Sequence record: PZ166176.1
From: a phage
Reading direction: 5' to 3' (one strand)
Length of the DNA stretch: 64,000 nt
Shown here: positions 56,571 through 64,000 of the stretch, one piece after another
Layout: the number at the start of each line of letters is the position of its first letter
Position numbering within the stretch: the stretch's first letter is position 1
Notes under the pieces: model-generated
Database searches by the model: none
The model's input: only the letters and a program-made list of their open reading frames with translations
Told to the model about the DNA's origin: nothing
Made by a program: the position numbers and the translations under genes

Positions 56571-56583
56571 ACCCTCTAATTAG

Positions 56584-56781
56584 TTACACTTTTTCCCAAG
56601 TACCAAAAGCACAGGAAGGGTAGATTCCAACTTGAGGGTTTCCGTTATCATCTTTGAAAGTAAAACTGTTGTTGTCTTTATCAAGAACTGTAGAATAAAT
56701 CTTACCAACAGTAACGCAGTTGGAAGCTTGACCCAGTTCAGTGAGAGTAAGACATTTCATTTTCTGTTTCTTTGTAGCCAT
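56584..56781 (-). CDS. hypothetical small protein
   Basis: 65 aa ORF with AAGGAG RBS, downstream of a promoter candidate. Confidence 0.45.
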   Translation of the reverse strand: MATKKQKMKCLTLTELGQASNCVTVGKIYSTVLDKDNNSFTFKDDNGNPQVGIYPSCAFGTWEKV

Positions 56782-56811
56782 TTATAAAATCTCCTTAGTA
56801 AGTGAATCTTT

Positions 56812-56841
56812 ATTCTACACAAAGAGCTTTGCACATGTCAA
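56812..56841 (-). promoter_or_regulatory. sigma70-like promoter candidate (TTGACA-18 nt-TAGAAT)
   Basis: On the - strand: TTGACA, 18 nt, TAGAAT, about 30 nt upstream of the ATG at 56781. Confidence 0.45.
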
Positions 56842-56863
56842 GTAACTCTTTGTCAGATTAGTC

Positions 56864-57133
56864 TTAATGATTAGTGATGTTGATGACAATCTTAGTTTCA
56901 ACCTTAGCCCAACAGTAATCTGCTTCATTAAAACGACTAGTCACAATGTATTCTCCTGCACGAGAACCTGTTAAGCACACTGCACCTGTATCTGTAGCTA
57001 AGTAGTAGTCCCGTTCTTGTTCACTTACTTCTGAATCGTAGTAGTAGAAAACAGACATAGGTTCAATTTCAGATAAACGGTATAACTTTGGAACAGGGGA
57101 TTTCTCGATAAACTCAACAGAAGTTTTACTCAT
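56864..57133 (-). CDS. hypothetical small protein
   Basis: 89 aa ORF. Confidence 0.4.
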   Translation of the reverse strand: MSKTSVEFIEKSPVPKLYRLSEIEPMSVFYYYDSEVSEQERDYYLATDTGAVCLTGSRAGEYIVTSRFNEADYCWAKVETKIVINITNH

Positions 57134-57366
57134 TTGTTTTCTCCTAGATCTAAACTAATTAAGAAGTCACGAAGGATGATCATTTGTTCTGTAGACAATG
57201 ATAATACACCTTCTCCATAAATATCACCAGACCATTCAGCAGTTAGATCTAGTGTACCAGTACCAGGAAACCAATCAACAGTGATCTGATTACCATTAGA
57301 GTCAGGTAGTATTTCACTGACTAACATAACACACTCTCCTATTATTGTTCTTGATCTTACGATCAT
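57130..57366 (-). CDS. hypothetical small protein
   Basis: 78 aa ORF. Confidence 0.4.
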   Translation of the reverse strand: MIVRSRTIIGECVMLVSEILPDSNGNQITVDWFPGTGTLDLTAEWSGDIYGEGVLSLSTEQMIILRDFLISLDLGENK

Positions 57367-57503
57367 CTACCGATAAGAACAAGTACTTAAATCTCTGTTC
57401 TTCGAACATCTAACGATAGAGATTAATCTATTACATAATCTATACTCGCTATCGCTCGACCCTTCGGGGTTAGGGTAGCATATTTTTTGAAAAAAGTCAA
57501 CAC
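57367..57503 (-). promoter_or_regulatory. longest intergenic region of the early block, with dyad and direct repeats
   Basis: About 137 nt non-coding; repeated GATCATCTACCG / GAACATCTAACG, inverted GATAAGAAC / GTTCTTCGA, TTGACT-like -35 and a small CCC-TTCG-GGG hairpin. Confidence 0.4.
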
Positions 57504-57821
57504 TTATTTTTTGGTAAGTAGATAAATCAATTGTTCACCTGCTTCTGGTGCATATAGTGCTTTAGTATCGAAGTCAAAGAAGTGAGTGACTCCTGTTACT
57601 TTGGATGCATGAATAGATAATCGTGCAAGCTTAAGCAGATTATCCATTTCCGCAATCTTTGCACGAAATACTGCACGTGTAGTGTCAAAAGCTGCATGTG
57701 GCATGTATTTACGATTTAGACTACTACGTTTAAATTTACGATAATCTGCAATGATCCTGTTACGTTCTTTGTTCAAATGTTTTACCAGTGCAGTATATAC
57801 ATGTGGTTCTTTGTTAGCCAT
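57504..57821 (-). CDS. hypothetical basic protein
   Basis: Start moved to the internal ATG (MANKEPHVY); Lys/Arg-rich. Confidence 0.4.
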   Translation of the reverse strand: MANKEPHVYTALVKHLNKERNRIIADYRKFKRSSLNRKYMPHAAFDTTRAVFRAKIAEMDNLLKLARLSIHASKVTGVTHFFDFDTKALYAPEAGEQLIYLLTKK

Positions 57822-58026
57822 TGTTAATCTCCTCTTCATATGTTGGTAGTGCATGGTATGCGATCACAGGTGCCAAGTCAAAATAAAAATGACCATTGAT
57901 AACAGCTATCGTGCCATTGCGTGTTTTGTTAACTTCACAGAATCCCTTCTTGCCGTTTGCCATGATTACAAGCCACTCTCCGATAGGAACATCCTCGGTA
58001 CCAGATACTTTAATCCATCCACTCAC
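57814..58026 (-). CDS. hypothetical small protein
   Basis: 70 aa ORF. Confidence 0.4.
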   Translation of the reverse strand: MSGWIKVSGTEDVPIGEWLVIMANGKKGFCEVNKTRNGTIAVINGHFYFDLAPVIAYHALPTYEEEINNG

Positions 58027-58283
58027 TTTACTTCCCCTTTGTAATCGGACACTATACCAGGTCTTACTTTTGCCTTAAGATGTTTCAACTCTGCCATAGG
58101 AGTTGCCACTTGTATAAGGTTAATAATTTCAACCTCGTAGATAGTATACTCATAACCCGCATACTTCCCGATGGAATGCAGGTATTTGATAGCATGTTCA
58201 GGTGAATCTGCTTCAACATACCCCAAATCTTTTGTAGTGCGGCCTTCACAGTCGCCTTCTGTAGTTACGTGATAAAGTGTCAT
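58023..58283 (-). CDS. hypothetical small protein
   Basis: 86 aa ORF. Confidence 0.4.
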   Translation of the reverse strand: MTLYHVTTEGDCEGRTTKDLGYVEADSPEHAIKYLHSIGKYAGYEYTIYEVEIINLIQVATPMAELKHLKAKVRPGIVSDYKGEVK

Positions 58284-58429
58284 AAAACCTCCTCATAGTA
58301 AGGTAAAGCCTTGATCAGTTGTTCTGAAGTGCCATTTTGCACCCACGTAACACCCTTGTCAAGAGAAACATACCCTTTCTTATTGATAAATTTACGGAGA
58401 CAACCAGTGAACTTGTTTTTGTAGATCAT
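58280..58429 (-). CDS. hypothetical small protein (49 aa, not in ORF track)
   Basis: My translation: MIYKNKFTGCLRKFINKKGYVSLDKGVTWVQNGTSEQLIKALPYYEEVL; ATGA overlaps at both ends. Confidence 0.4.
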   Translation of the reverse strand: MIYKNKFTGCLRKFINKKGYVSLDKGVTWVQNGTSEQLIKALPYYEEVL

Positions 58430-58869
58430 TTCTTCTTTCCTTTCTTTAATTTGTTGTGACCTTTACCCTTATAAAGCTTGTGATTACGAGCAGACGGGTT
58501 ATTTTGGTTCTCCAGTCGGCTAACAGGTGTATTCCAAAGGTTTCCTGCTACAAAAGATGCTGCCACAAGTTCTTCCAGGTATACAAAATCCAAAGCAGGT
58601 ATCTTTGTTTCCCTCATCTCGCGTTCTACATTAGACAACACGCCTTCTTCCTTACTGTCTTCTTTTTCAATTACAGACCAACCCTCTTCCTGCCAAGCTT
58701 CCCCTCTGAACCAAGTTTCCATGTTATAACCTTGTTCGTCGAGAATAACACCATCTCGCATCTCAAACCATTCGCCACCACAAAAATGGCGGTGCTCAAC
58801 ACGTCTACCTTCCTTCATTGCTTCTTTAGCTTCGGGCCAAGTCAGTTTGATGTTTTGGATGTTTTGCAT
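58426..58869 (-). CDS. hypothetical early protein with Lys-rich C-terminal tail
   Basis: 147 aa; first gene after the divergent promoter region; ends KGKGHNKLKKGKKK. Confidence 0.45.
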   Translation of the reverse strand: MQNIQNIKLTWPEAKEAMKEGRRVEHRHFCGGEWFEMRDGVILDEQGYNMETWFRGEAWQEEGWSVIEKEDSKEEGVLSNVEREMRETKIPALDFVYLEELVAASFVAGNLWNTPVSRLENQNNPSARNHKLYKGKGHNKLKKGKKK

Positions 58870-58983
58870 TTGTTTTCTCCTTTTGTTTGGTAGGAGTTGA
58901 TCTTAACAAGATTAAAAAGTATGTCAATACTTGATCTGAAATTATTTTCAGGTATCATGTATGAACATTAACAAGAGAGGTAG
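58870..58983. promoter_or_regulatory. divergent promoter region between the - strand early block and the + strand block
   Basis: - strand TTGACA-16 nt-TAAGAT; + strand TTGATC-16 nt-TATCAT about 25 nt before the ATG at 58984. Confidence 0.45.
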
Positions 58984-59277
58984 ATGATGAACATTACTTT
59001 AGCAACTAAGAATATTTCTGAAACAATTAACGGTTTTGGTGTGATTGTAGCCTTGCACGGTAACAATGAGAAATGGTTGGCTTCTTTTGAAGAGGATCGT
59101 CAACACAACATTATTTTAGATGCCCCTATAAAAGTTATGCATATCGTTGGTGAAAGCAAAGTGCTCACTTCCTCCCGTTCAAAAGAACAAATTACAAATG
59201 AATTAGTAAAACTGCTTGACAATGTTCTTAACATGTTTGATAATGCACCCATCGATACAAAACGTGTCTTAATGTGA
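58984..59277 (+). CDS. hypothetical protein
   Basis: 97 aa ORF with GAGAGG RBS. Confidence 0.45.
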   Translation: MMNITLATKNISETINGFGVIVALHGNNEKWLASFEEDRQHNIILDAPIKVMHIVGESKVLTSSRSKEQITNELVKLLDNVLNMFDNAPIDTKRVLM

Positions 59278-59289
59278 GAGGAGAACAAA

Positions 59290-59577
59290 ATGTACTATTC
59301 ACAAGACGAAGTAGCAAACATTAAACTGGCAGTGGGCGATCTTATTGTGTCACCTAACTACTATTGGGATAACACAGATTTGGTTGAAGTAGTAACCTAT
59401 GTTGGAGTTGAAGGTATTGTGCTCTACACACTAGGTGGAGGTGTTGTTGGGGAAATGGAACGTTATACGACAACGAAGAAACTGGTAAGCTCTTATCACA
59501 TGTTTTTACACCAAGGTTCGGAAGAGTATACAGCTTTCTTGTTGAAATTAGATGCAGATCGGGAGAAGGCACGATGA
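59290..59577 (+). CDS. hypothetical protein
   Basis: 95 aa ORF with GAGAGGAG RBS. Confidence 0.45.
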   Translation: MYYSQDEVANIKLAVGDLIVSPNYYWDNTDLVEVVTYVGVEGIVLYTLGGGVVGEMERYTTTKKLVSSYHMFLHQGSEEYTAFLLKLDADREKAR

Positions 59578-59930
59578 AAATTGTACACGATGAAATTCAA
59601 ATAGAAGAAAGTGACCTGATGGATTTGGATGCAGCTTTGGGGAAGGTAATCTATGCAGGAATTAAAGCCTTCCGTGAGAAGGCAAACAATAGCACGTTTG
59701 TCATGATCCCCACTAAACTGATGCGTGTTTTGTATCCAAATAGAAGTGCGCCGTATACAGATGAAGAAGAGGAGACAGGTAGAAGAGAGTGGTTAAATAT
59801 TTTAGAAAAGATGGAGAATGCTTTTATTGATAGTGGTAATCCAGAAATCGTGTATGCTGAAGATCAAAGGAAGGCACGATTAGAAGGCCGTCTTTTATTC
59901 GCTAGTTATTTTGATAATCTTTGGAGCTAA
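59574..59930 (+). CDS. hypothetical protein
   Basis: 118 aa ORF, ATGA-coupled. Confidence 0.45.
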   Translation: MKIVHDEIQIEESDLMDLDAALGKVIYAGIKAFREKANNSTFVMIPTKLMRVLYPNRSAPYTDEEEETGRREWLNILEKMENAFIDSGNPEIVYAEDQRKARLEGRLLFASYFDNLWS

Positions 59931-59932
59931 AT

Positions 59933-60109
59933 ATGTCTGAATTCTTCACAATGGCTTTCTTAGGGATCTATCTGATTATTAGTGCTGTTGGCTTAATCAT
60001 GTCTCTAATAGAGGAAATGGGAATTAAGTGGAATTGTGCATTTGGTATAGCTCTTATGCTCACTCCGGTTTGGATCTACATCTGCAAAGCAGTTGAACTC
60101 ATTGGTTAA
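59933..60109 (+). CDS. small two-helix membrane protein
   Basis: Start moved to the ATG after the GGAG RBS (track uses upstream TTG); two hydrophobic segments. Confidence 0.4.
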   Translation: MSEFFTMAFLGIYLIISAVGLIMSLIEEMGIKWNCAFGIALMLTPVWIYICKAVELIG

Positions 60110-60119
60110 TGGAGGTAAT

Positions 60120-60458
60120 ATGTTTAGTAAAGAAATGAGAGAGGTGATCGCTACTCTGGTAGTAGATCATGGTGTTGAAGTTGAGCGTCACGTTTGGAAA
60201 GATGAGCCTCCTTTCTTTGATTTGGCATCACGGGCTAAAAGTCACATGTATCTCCTTGAAGATGATAAGGATTTTATTCTGCGTATGCGTTATGATCGAG
60301 AGTTTAGAATTCCTCTTGACACAGATCCTGATGATGTAGTATTGTGGTTGGCAGAGCATTTCGCATTTAACGCTCTACATGGAAGAAGTTTTGGTAATGA
60401 ACGTTGGGATACCATTTGTCGTAAACATAATATTGAACCAGAATACGGGAGTATGTAA
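60120..60458 (+). CDS. hypothetical protein
   Basis: Start moved to the ATG 4 nt after GGAGG. Confidence 0.45.
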   Translation: MFSKEMREVIATLVVDHGVEVERHVWKDEPPFFDLASRAKSHMYLLEDDKDFILRMRYDREFRIPLDTDPDDVVLWLAEHFAFNALHGRSFGNERWDTICRKHNIEPEYGSM

Positions 60459-60709
60459 TGTTAAGCGTTAAGCCTAAGATGATCAGTGAAGACCAGAAAG
60501 ATTTCATTTACAAGTGTGGACGAATCTGGAGAGAGTATACCAAGGGTAACAAGGTCGTGGTGGTTACTGAACACCAGATTGAAATCTCTGATCTTTTCGG
60601 TGATTATTTGCAAGTGATCAAATTAGGCATTGACAGAGGTTTGGTGCAGGTGTTAACATTATCCCAAGTTGAAGCAGAACACTTAGACAAAATCATTGTC
60701 GAGTTCTAA
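60458..60709 (+). CDS. hypothetical protein
   Basis: 83 aa ORF. Confidence 0.4.
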   Translation: MLSVKPKMISEDQKDFIYKCGRIWREYTKGNKVVVVTEHQIEISDLFGDYLQVIKLGIDRGLVQVLTLSQVEAEHLDKIIVEF

Positions 60710-60887
60710 GAGGAGAAAGAATATGATCTCTTTAGAATCAATAGCTTTTAAGAAAGGGTATACCGCAGGGTTCAAGTTTGGTATGTTTAATAAAGTAAAT
60801 CCATACTGTCCAATGACACACAAAAAGGAATTCGAAGAATGGGAAGATGGATTTTCTAAAGGCTACCAGGCAAAGGGTTGGTTGTAA
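60696..60887 (+). CDS. hypothetical small protein
   Basis: 63 aa ORF with GAGGAGAAAG RBS. Confidence 0.4.
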   Translation: MSSSKRRKNMISLESIAFKKGYTAGFKFGMFNKVNPYCPMTHKKEFEEWEDGFSKGYQAKGWL

Positions 60888-60896
60888 GGAGAGAAT

Positions 60897-61061
60897 ATGA
60901 TTTTAAACTTCATCATCAACTTGTGTTTGACATTGGGATTACTCTGTGCAATAGTATCCCCTCTGGTTGGTGAATATTGTTCTGAACTGGCGATGTTTAT
61001 AGTTCTTGGTGCGGCTATTGCTAATATGTTTGTCGCTGCGATTTGTATGTTGTGGGAATAG
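60897..61061 (+). CDS. small hydrophobic membrane protein (54 aa, not in ORF track)
   Basis: My translation: MILNFIINLCLTLGLLCAIVSPLVGEYCSELAMFIVLGAAIANMFVAAICMLWE; AAGGAGAG RBS. Confidence 0.4.
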   Translation: MILNFIINLCLTLGLLCAIVSPLVGEYCSELAMFIVLGAAIANMFVAAICMLWE

Positions 61062-61072
61062 GAGGGAAGTTT

Positions 61073-61429
61073 ATGAAAAAACTAATCTTAGCCACATTGC
61101 TGGCTACCGTAAGCTTCACCACTTACGCTCAAAAATTTGTAGCAGTTAAAACAGATATTGGTAAAGATGTTGTGATCACAGGCAACAAGTTTTACTATAC
61201 ACCTGGGAATGGTGTTCTAGAAGAGTGCAAAGATGTTGAGGCATATACAGGAAAAGAAGATAACACGGAACGTCCTTTTTATTCGATTATAGCTACTTGC
61301 AAAAATGAAATAGTAGCTATTAAACAATACAAAGATGCCCCTGGAGGAGAATACTTATTAGTCAAGAATATTAAGAGTGAAAAAACTGCAAAGTTTACAG
61401 TAATTATTTTAAAAGGAGAAACGTTCTAA
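61073..61429 (+). CDS. secreted protein
   Basis: Start moved to the ATG after GGAGGG; signal peptide MKKLILATLLATVSFTTYAQ. Confidence 0.5.
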   Translation: MKKLILATLLATVSFTTYAQKFVAVKTDIGKDVVITGNKFYYTPGNGVLEECKDVEAYTGKEDNTERPFYSIIATCKNEIVAIKQYKDAPGGEYLLVKNIKSEKTAKFTVIILKGETF

Positions 61430-62568
61430 TGAAATACACTATTTTTGGAGATGTGGCTGTTGTAAATAAGGAATATGGTGTTGAAGCTAATAAACTTCCT
61501 GCTGGAGTTTGGGTTGTCAACTGCGATCCGCACGGTAACTACTCTTTAGTGCGTGGCGAAAGTTTCTCTCTTCCGAACACTCTTTATGGGGAAACTAAAG
61601 ATCGCGCCGCACATGTTATTAAAACATTTGCTCGTCGTAGTAAAGAAGGTAAAAATACTGGGGTGTTACTGACAGGCACAAAAGGCAGTGGTAAGACGAT
61701 GTTAGCTAAACTAATTAGCATGTCCCTAATGTCCACAGAAGGTTTAGGTATTCCAACCATTTTGGTTACACAGCCTTACACAGATGCTGGATTCTTAGAG
61801 TTTATGAGTAAAATTACAGATCGTGCTGTTGTTTTATTTGACGAATTTGATAAAGTGTATGCTAAGAAAGAAGATCAGGAAGCACTGTTGACCTTGTTGG
61901 ATGGAACAGGAAGTGGGAATAAACTTTACATCCTCACTAAAAATAGTGGTTATATCTCGGAATATTTTGTAAACCGTCCTAGTCGTATCTATTACAGTTT
62001 CAATTACGATAAACTGTCTAGTGAAACTATGTTAGATTACTTGGATAAGAACTTGGTAAATAAAAAGCACGTAGATAACTTCCAACGTTTATGGGATGTT
62101 AGTACAGAGTTGTCTTTTGATGTTATTCAAGGTATTGTAGAAGAATTGAATTTCTATCCAAAAATGACTTTTAAAGAATGTCTGGAAATGATGGGTATTT
62201 CTTTAGGCAACGATGCTAAATGGAATGTGGCTTCTATCGTAGCTAATGGCAAAACGCTGAAGGTGAATTGGATCAATAACTGGCACGACTTCACCCCTAC
62301 TAAGTTTTTGTCGGGTGCTTGTTCCCTGAACATCTATCTGCAAAGCTTGAAAGATGATGAAGTTGAAGCAATGGAAACCAACAGTTATGTTATCCTGGAT
62401 GAAGATGGTGATCCACATATTGATCTATGTGCAACGGCGGATGGTCTAACTTGTGATCTGATTGAAGGTGGTAAGATTCTGGTTATGAGCACTACACCAG
62501 GAAACACTCTGCGAGTGGTGCTGGAGCCTGTAACACAACGTTCCACCACACTGGGTAGCGTGTTCTGA
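61429..62568 (+). CDS. AAA+ family ATPase
   Basis: 379 aa; Walker A GTKGSGKT and Walker B VVLFDEFD. Confidence 0.6.
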   Translation: MKYTIFGDVAVVNKEYGVEANKLPAGVWVVNCDPHGNYSLVRGESFSLPNTLYGETKDRAAHVIKTFARRSKEGKNTGVLLTGTKGSGKTMLAKLISMSLMSTEGLGIPTILVTQPYTDAGFLEFMSKITDRAVVLFDEFDKVYAKKEDQEALLTLLDGTGSGNKLYILTKNSGYISEYFVNRPSRIYYSFNYDKLSSETMLDYLDKNLVNKKHVDNFQRLWDVSTELSFDVIQGIVEELNFYPKMTFKECLEMMGISLGNDAKWNVASIVANGKTLKVNWINNWHDFTPTKFLSGACSLNIYLQSLKDDEVEAMETNSYVILDEDGDPHIDLCATADGLTCDLIEGGKILVMSTTPGNTLRVVLEPVTQRSTTLGSVF

Positions 62569-62584
62569 TACAGCACAAATAACT

Positions 62585-62612
62585 AAACCCGCTTCGGCGG
62601 GTTTTGTTATAT
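62585..62612 (+). terminator. rho-independent terminator
   Basis: AAACCCGC-TTCG-GCGGGTTT hairpin followed by TGTTATATT. Confidence 0.65.
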
Positions 62613-62650
62613 TGACTTCAGACTTGTAGGGAGAGAGAGGATAGATAAAG

Positions 62651-63853
62651 ATGGCGAAGACGTTAGAACAGTATATAGGAGAATGTAAACCAATAGCGGA
62701 AGCTAAAGGATATGAGATTATAGGGATTGTAGAGCCATTTAAAGGTGTGCACACGAAGATGATCAACTTCTGCCCTAATCATGGGGAGTGGAGAACATCC
62801 ACATTTGCCAATTTTAAACGTGGTAAATCTGGTTGCCCTGGGTGCAAAAATGAGAAAGCAAGACAAGACAACAGTAAAAACCTAGATTATTACCTTTCGG
62901 AATGTAAGCCCATTGCTGAAGCTAAGGGAATCGAGATTTTAGGCATTAATGGAGAGTTTATAGGTGTACATACAAAGATGATCAACCTTTGTCCTGAGCA
63001 CGGGGAATGGCGAACATTAACATTTCATAATCTTAAGGGTGGTAGTGGTTGTCCTAAATGCGGTAACAAAAGATCTAGGAATTCTAAAATACTCCCAGAC
63101 GATCAGCACATACAAGACTTCATTAATACAGGAAAGTTTAAAGAGGGTACAATCTTCACTAAAACAGATAAAAAACGAGGCCGCGATTCTTTATGGTGTG
63201 TAGAGTGTCCTGCCTGCTCTCACGATGAGTATGTGCAAGCTGGGGTGTGTGATGGTAAGTTTTATGTCGCAGGGAATGACCTTAAACAAGGGAAGATTCC
63301 TTGCCGTTGTGCAACTAACTGTCATTACACAGAAGCACAGATTACCTATAGGGTAAAAAAGGCAGTAGAAAGGAAAGGGTATATCTGGGTAGGTTGGATC
63401 GGGAAACCGTCTGTAAGATTAGGTAAGTTTAAATATGGATGTAAGAAACATGGGGTACAAATAGGACGTGCCAGTGGTTTGTTAAATCATGGCACTGGTT
63501 GTCCGCAATGTGCTAACCAGACACAACAACAATGTTACATTAACCACATTCATGATGAACAAGGTATTCTCTGTGCTTTGAAATTTGGAATTGCCAATAA
63601 TAGTGATCGCCGTATCAAAAAACAAAATAGTCGTAATGTGTTTACTATGAAACAGGTCCAAGTGTGGCACTTCCCTACTGTGAAGCAATGCAAAGATGCA
63701 GAGAAGCGTTGTAAGCGTGTCCTTCACACGGAAGCAGTGAGCAAATATGCTATGCCAGATGGCTACACAGAAACAGTAGAGTTATCTTGCATGGCCTCAA
63801 TACAAAACATTTATAAACTTTATGGTGGAACATTACAGGAGGAAACATGTTAG
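62651..63853 (+). CDS. zinc-ribbon repeat protein with internal tandem duplication (possible nuclease-associated DNA-binding protein)
   Basis: 400 aa; two near-identical modules (ECKPIAEAKG-x-EI-x-G...GVHTKMIN-x-CP-x-HGEWRT-x-TF...GCP-x-CGN) plus further CxxC pairs. Confidence 0.5.
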   Translation: MAKTLEQYIGECKPIAEAKGYEIIGIVEPFKGVHTKMINFCPNHGEWRTSTFANFKRGKSGCPGCKNEKARQDNSKNLDYYLSECKPIAEAKGIEILGINGEFIGVHTKMINLCPEHGEWRTLTFHNLKGGSGCPKCGNKRSRNSKILPDDQHIQDFINTGKFKEGTIFTKTDKKRGRDSLWCVECPACSHDEYVQAGVCDGKFYVAGNDLKQGKIPCRCATNCHYTEAQITYRVKKAVERKGYIWVGWIGKPSVRLGKFKYGCKKHGVQIGRASGLLNHGTGCPQCANQTQQQCYINHIHDEQGILCALKFGIANNSDRRIKKQNSRNVFTMKQVQVWHFPTVKQCKDAEKRCKRVLHTEAVSKYAMPDGYTETVELSCMASIQNIYKLYGGTLQEETC

Positions 63854-64000
63854 TTGACGTTCAAATTATGCGCAATGAAAGGATGGACTTCTTTGAAGCA
63901 GTAGAGAAACATCTGATTCGATGGGACTATGAATTTGTTCCTGCTGGATGTGGACCAGTAGAGCATTTAGCGGAAGACGACGATGTATACATGATCATTC
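63847..64000 (+). CDS. 5' part of a CDS running off the window end
   Basis: ATG at 63847 (MLVDVQIMRNERMDFFEAVEKH...) open to the window edge; overlaps the upstream stop. Confidence 0.3.
   Translation, partial: MLVDVQIMRNERMDFFEAVEKHLIRWDYEFVPAGCGPVEHLAEDDDVYMII

Noticed and set aside
57367-57503. Possible tRNA gene in the longest intergenic gap
   Set aside because: A TTCGAA-containing segment is present but no flanking T-arm stem, acceptor stem or anticodon arm could be built by eye; treated as regulatory DNA. A tRNAscan-type search would settle it.
62613-62650. Promoter after the terminator at 62585 (TTGACT element)
   Set aside because: A TTGACT hexamer is present but no acceptable -10 hexamer lies 16-18 nt downstream.
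1-64000. CRISPR array or long tandem DNA repeats
   Set aside because: No regularly spaced direct repeats with unique spacers were seen; the only repetitive DNA is in-frame coding repeats in the tail fibre gene (18213..19352) and the duplicated modules in 62651..63853.

Overview
This window reads as a segment of a tailed-phage (myovirus-like) genome with strong Shine-Dalgarno sites and almost no non-coding DNA. It has three transcriptional blocks. Block 1 (1-22642, + strand) is a baseplate and tail-fibre module: a central spike with a His-rich HxH tip, gp25/W-like, J-like and I-like wedge proteins, a Calx-beta-containing protein, two beta-helix tailspikes, a fibre with collagen-like repeats, and a distal fibre with Big_2 and BspA-type LRR repeats. 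Block 2 (22670-58869, - strand) is a replication and accessory block: HNH endonuclease, SSB, an intein-containing family A DNA polymerase, a TaqI-like N6-adenine methyltransferase, a T7 gp4-like primase-helicase, four glycosyltransferases, a UvrD-like helicase, NrdD/NrdG, and many small early genes. Block 3 (58984-64000, + strand) holds small genes, an AAA ATPase and a zinc-ribbon repeat protein. The most unusual content is a phage-borne tellurite-resistance-like (Ter) cluster at about 36.9-47.4 kb: TerD, a vWA (TerY-like) protein, a TelA-like protein, TerC, and an adjacent macro domain, phosphoribosyltransferase and HAD phosphatase set. All calls come from reading the translated ORFs and the DNA by eye; no database search was run, so family assignments are motif-level. 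ORF-track coordinates include the stop codon, and the same convention is used for the starts I adjusted.
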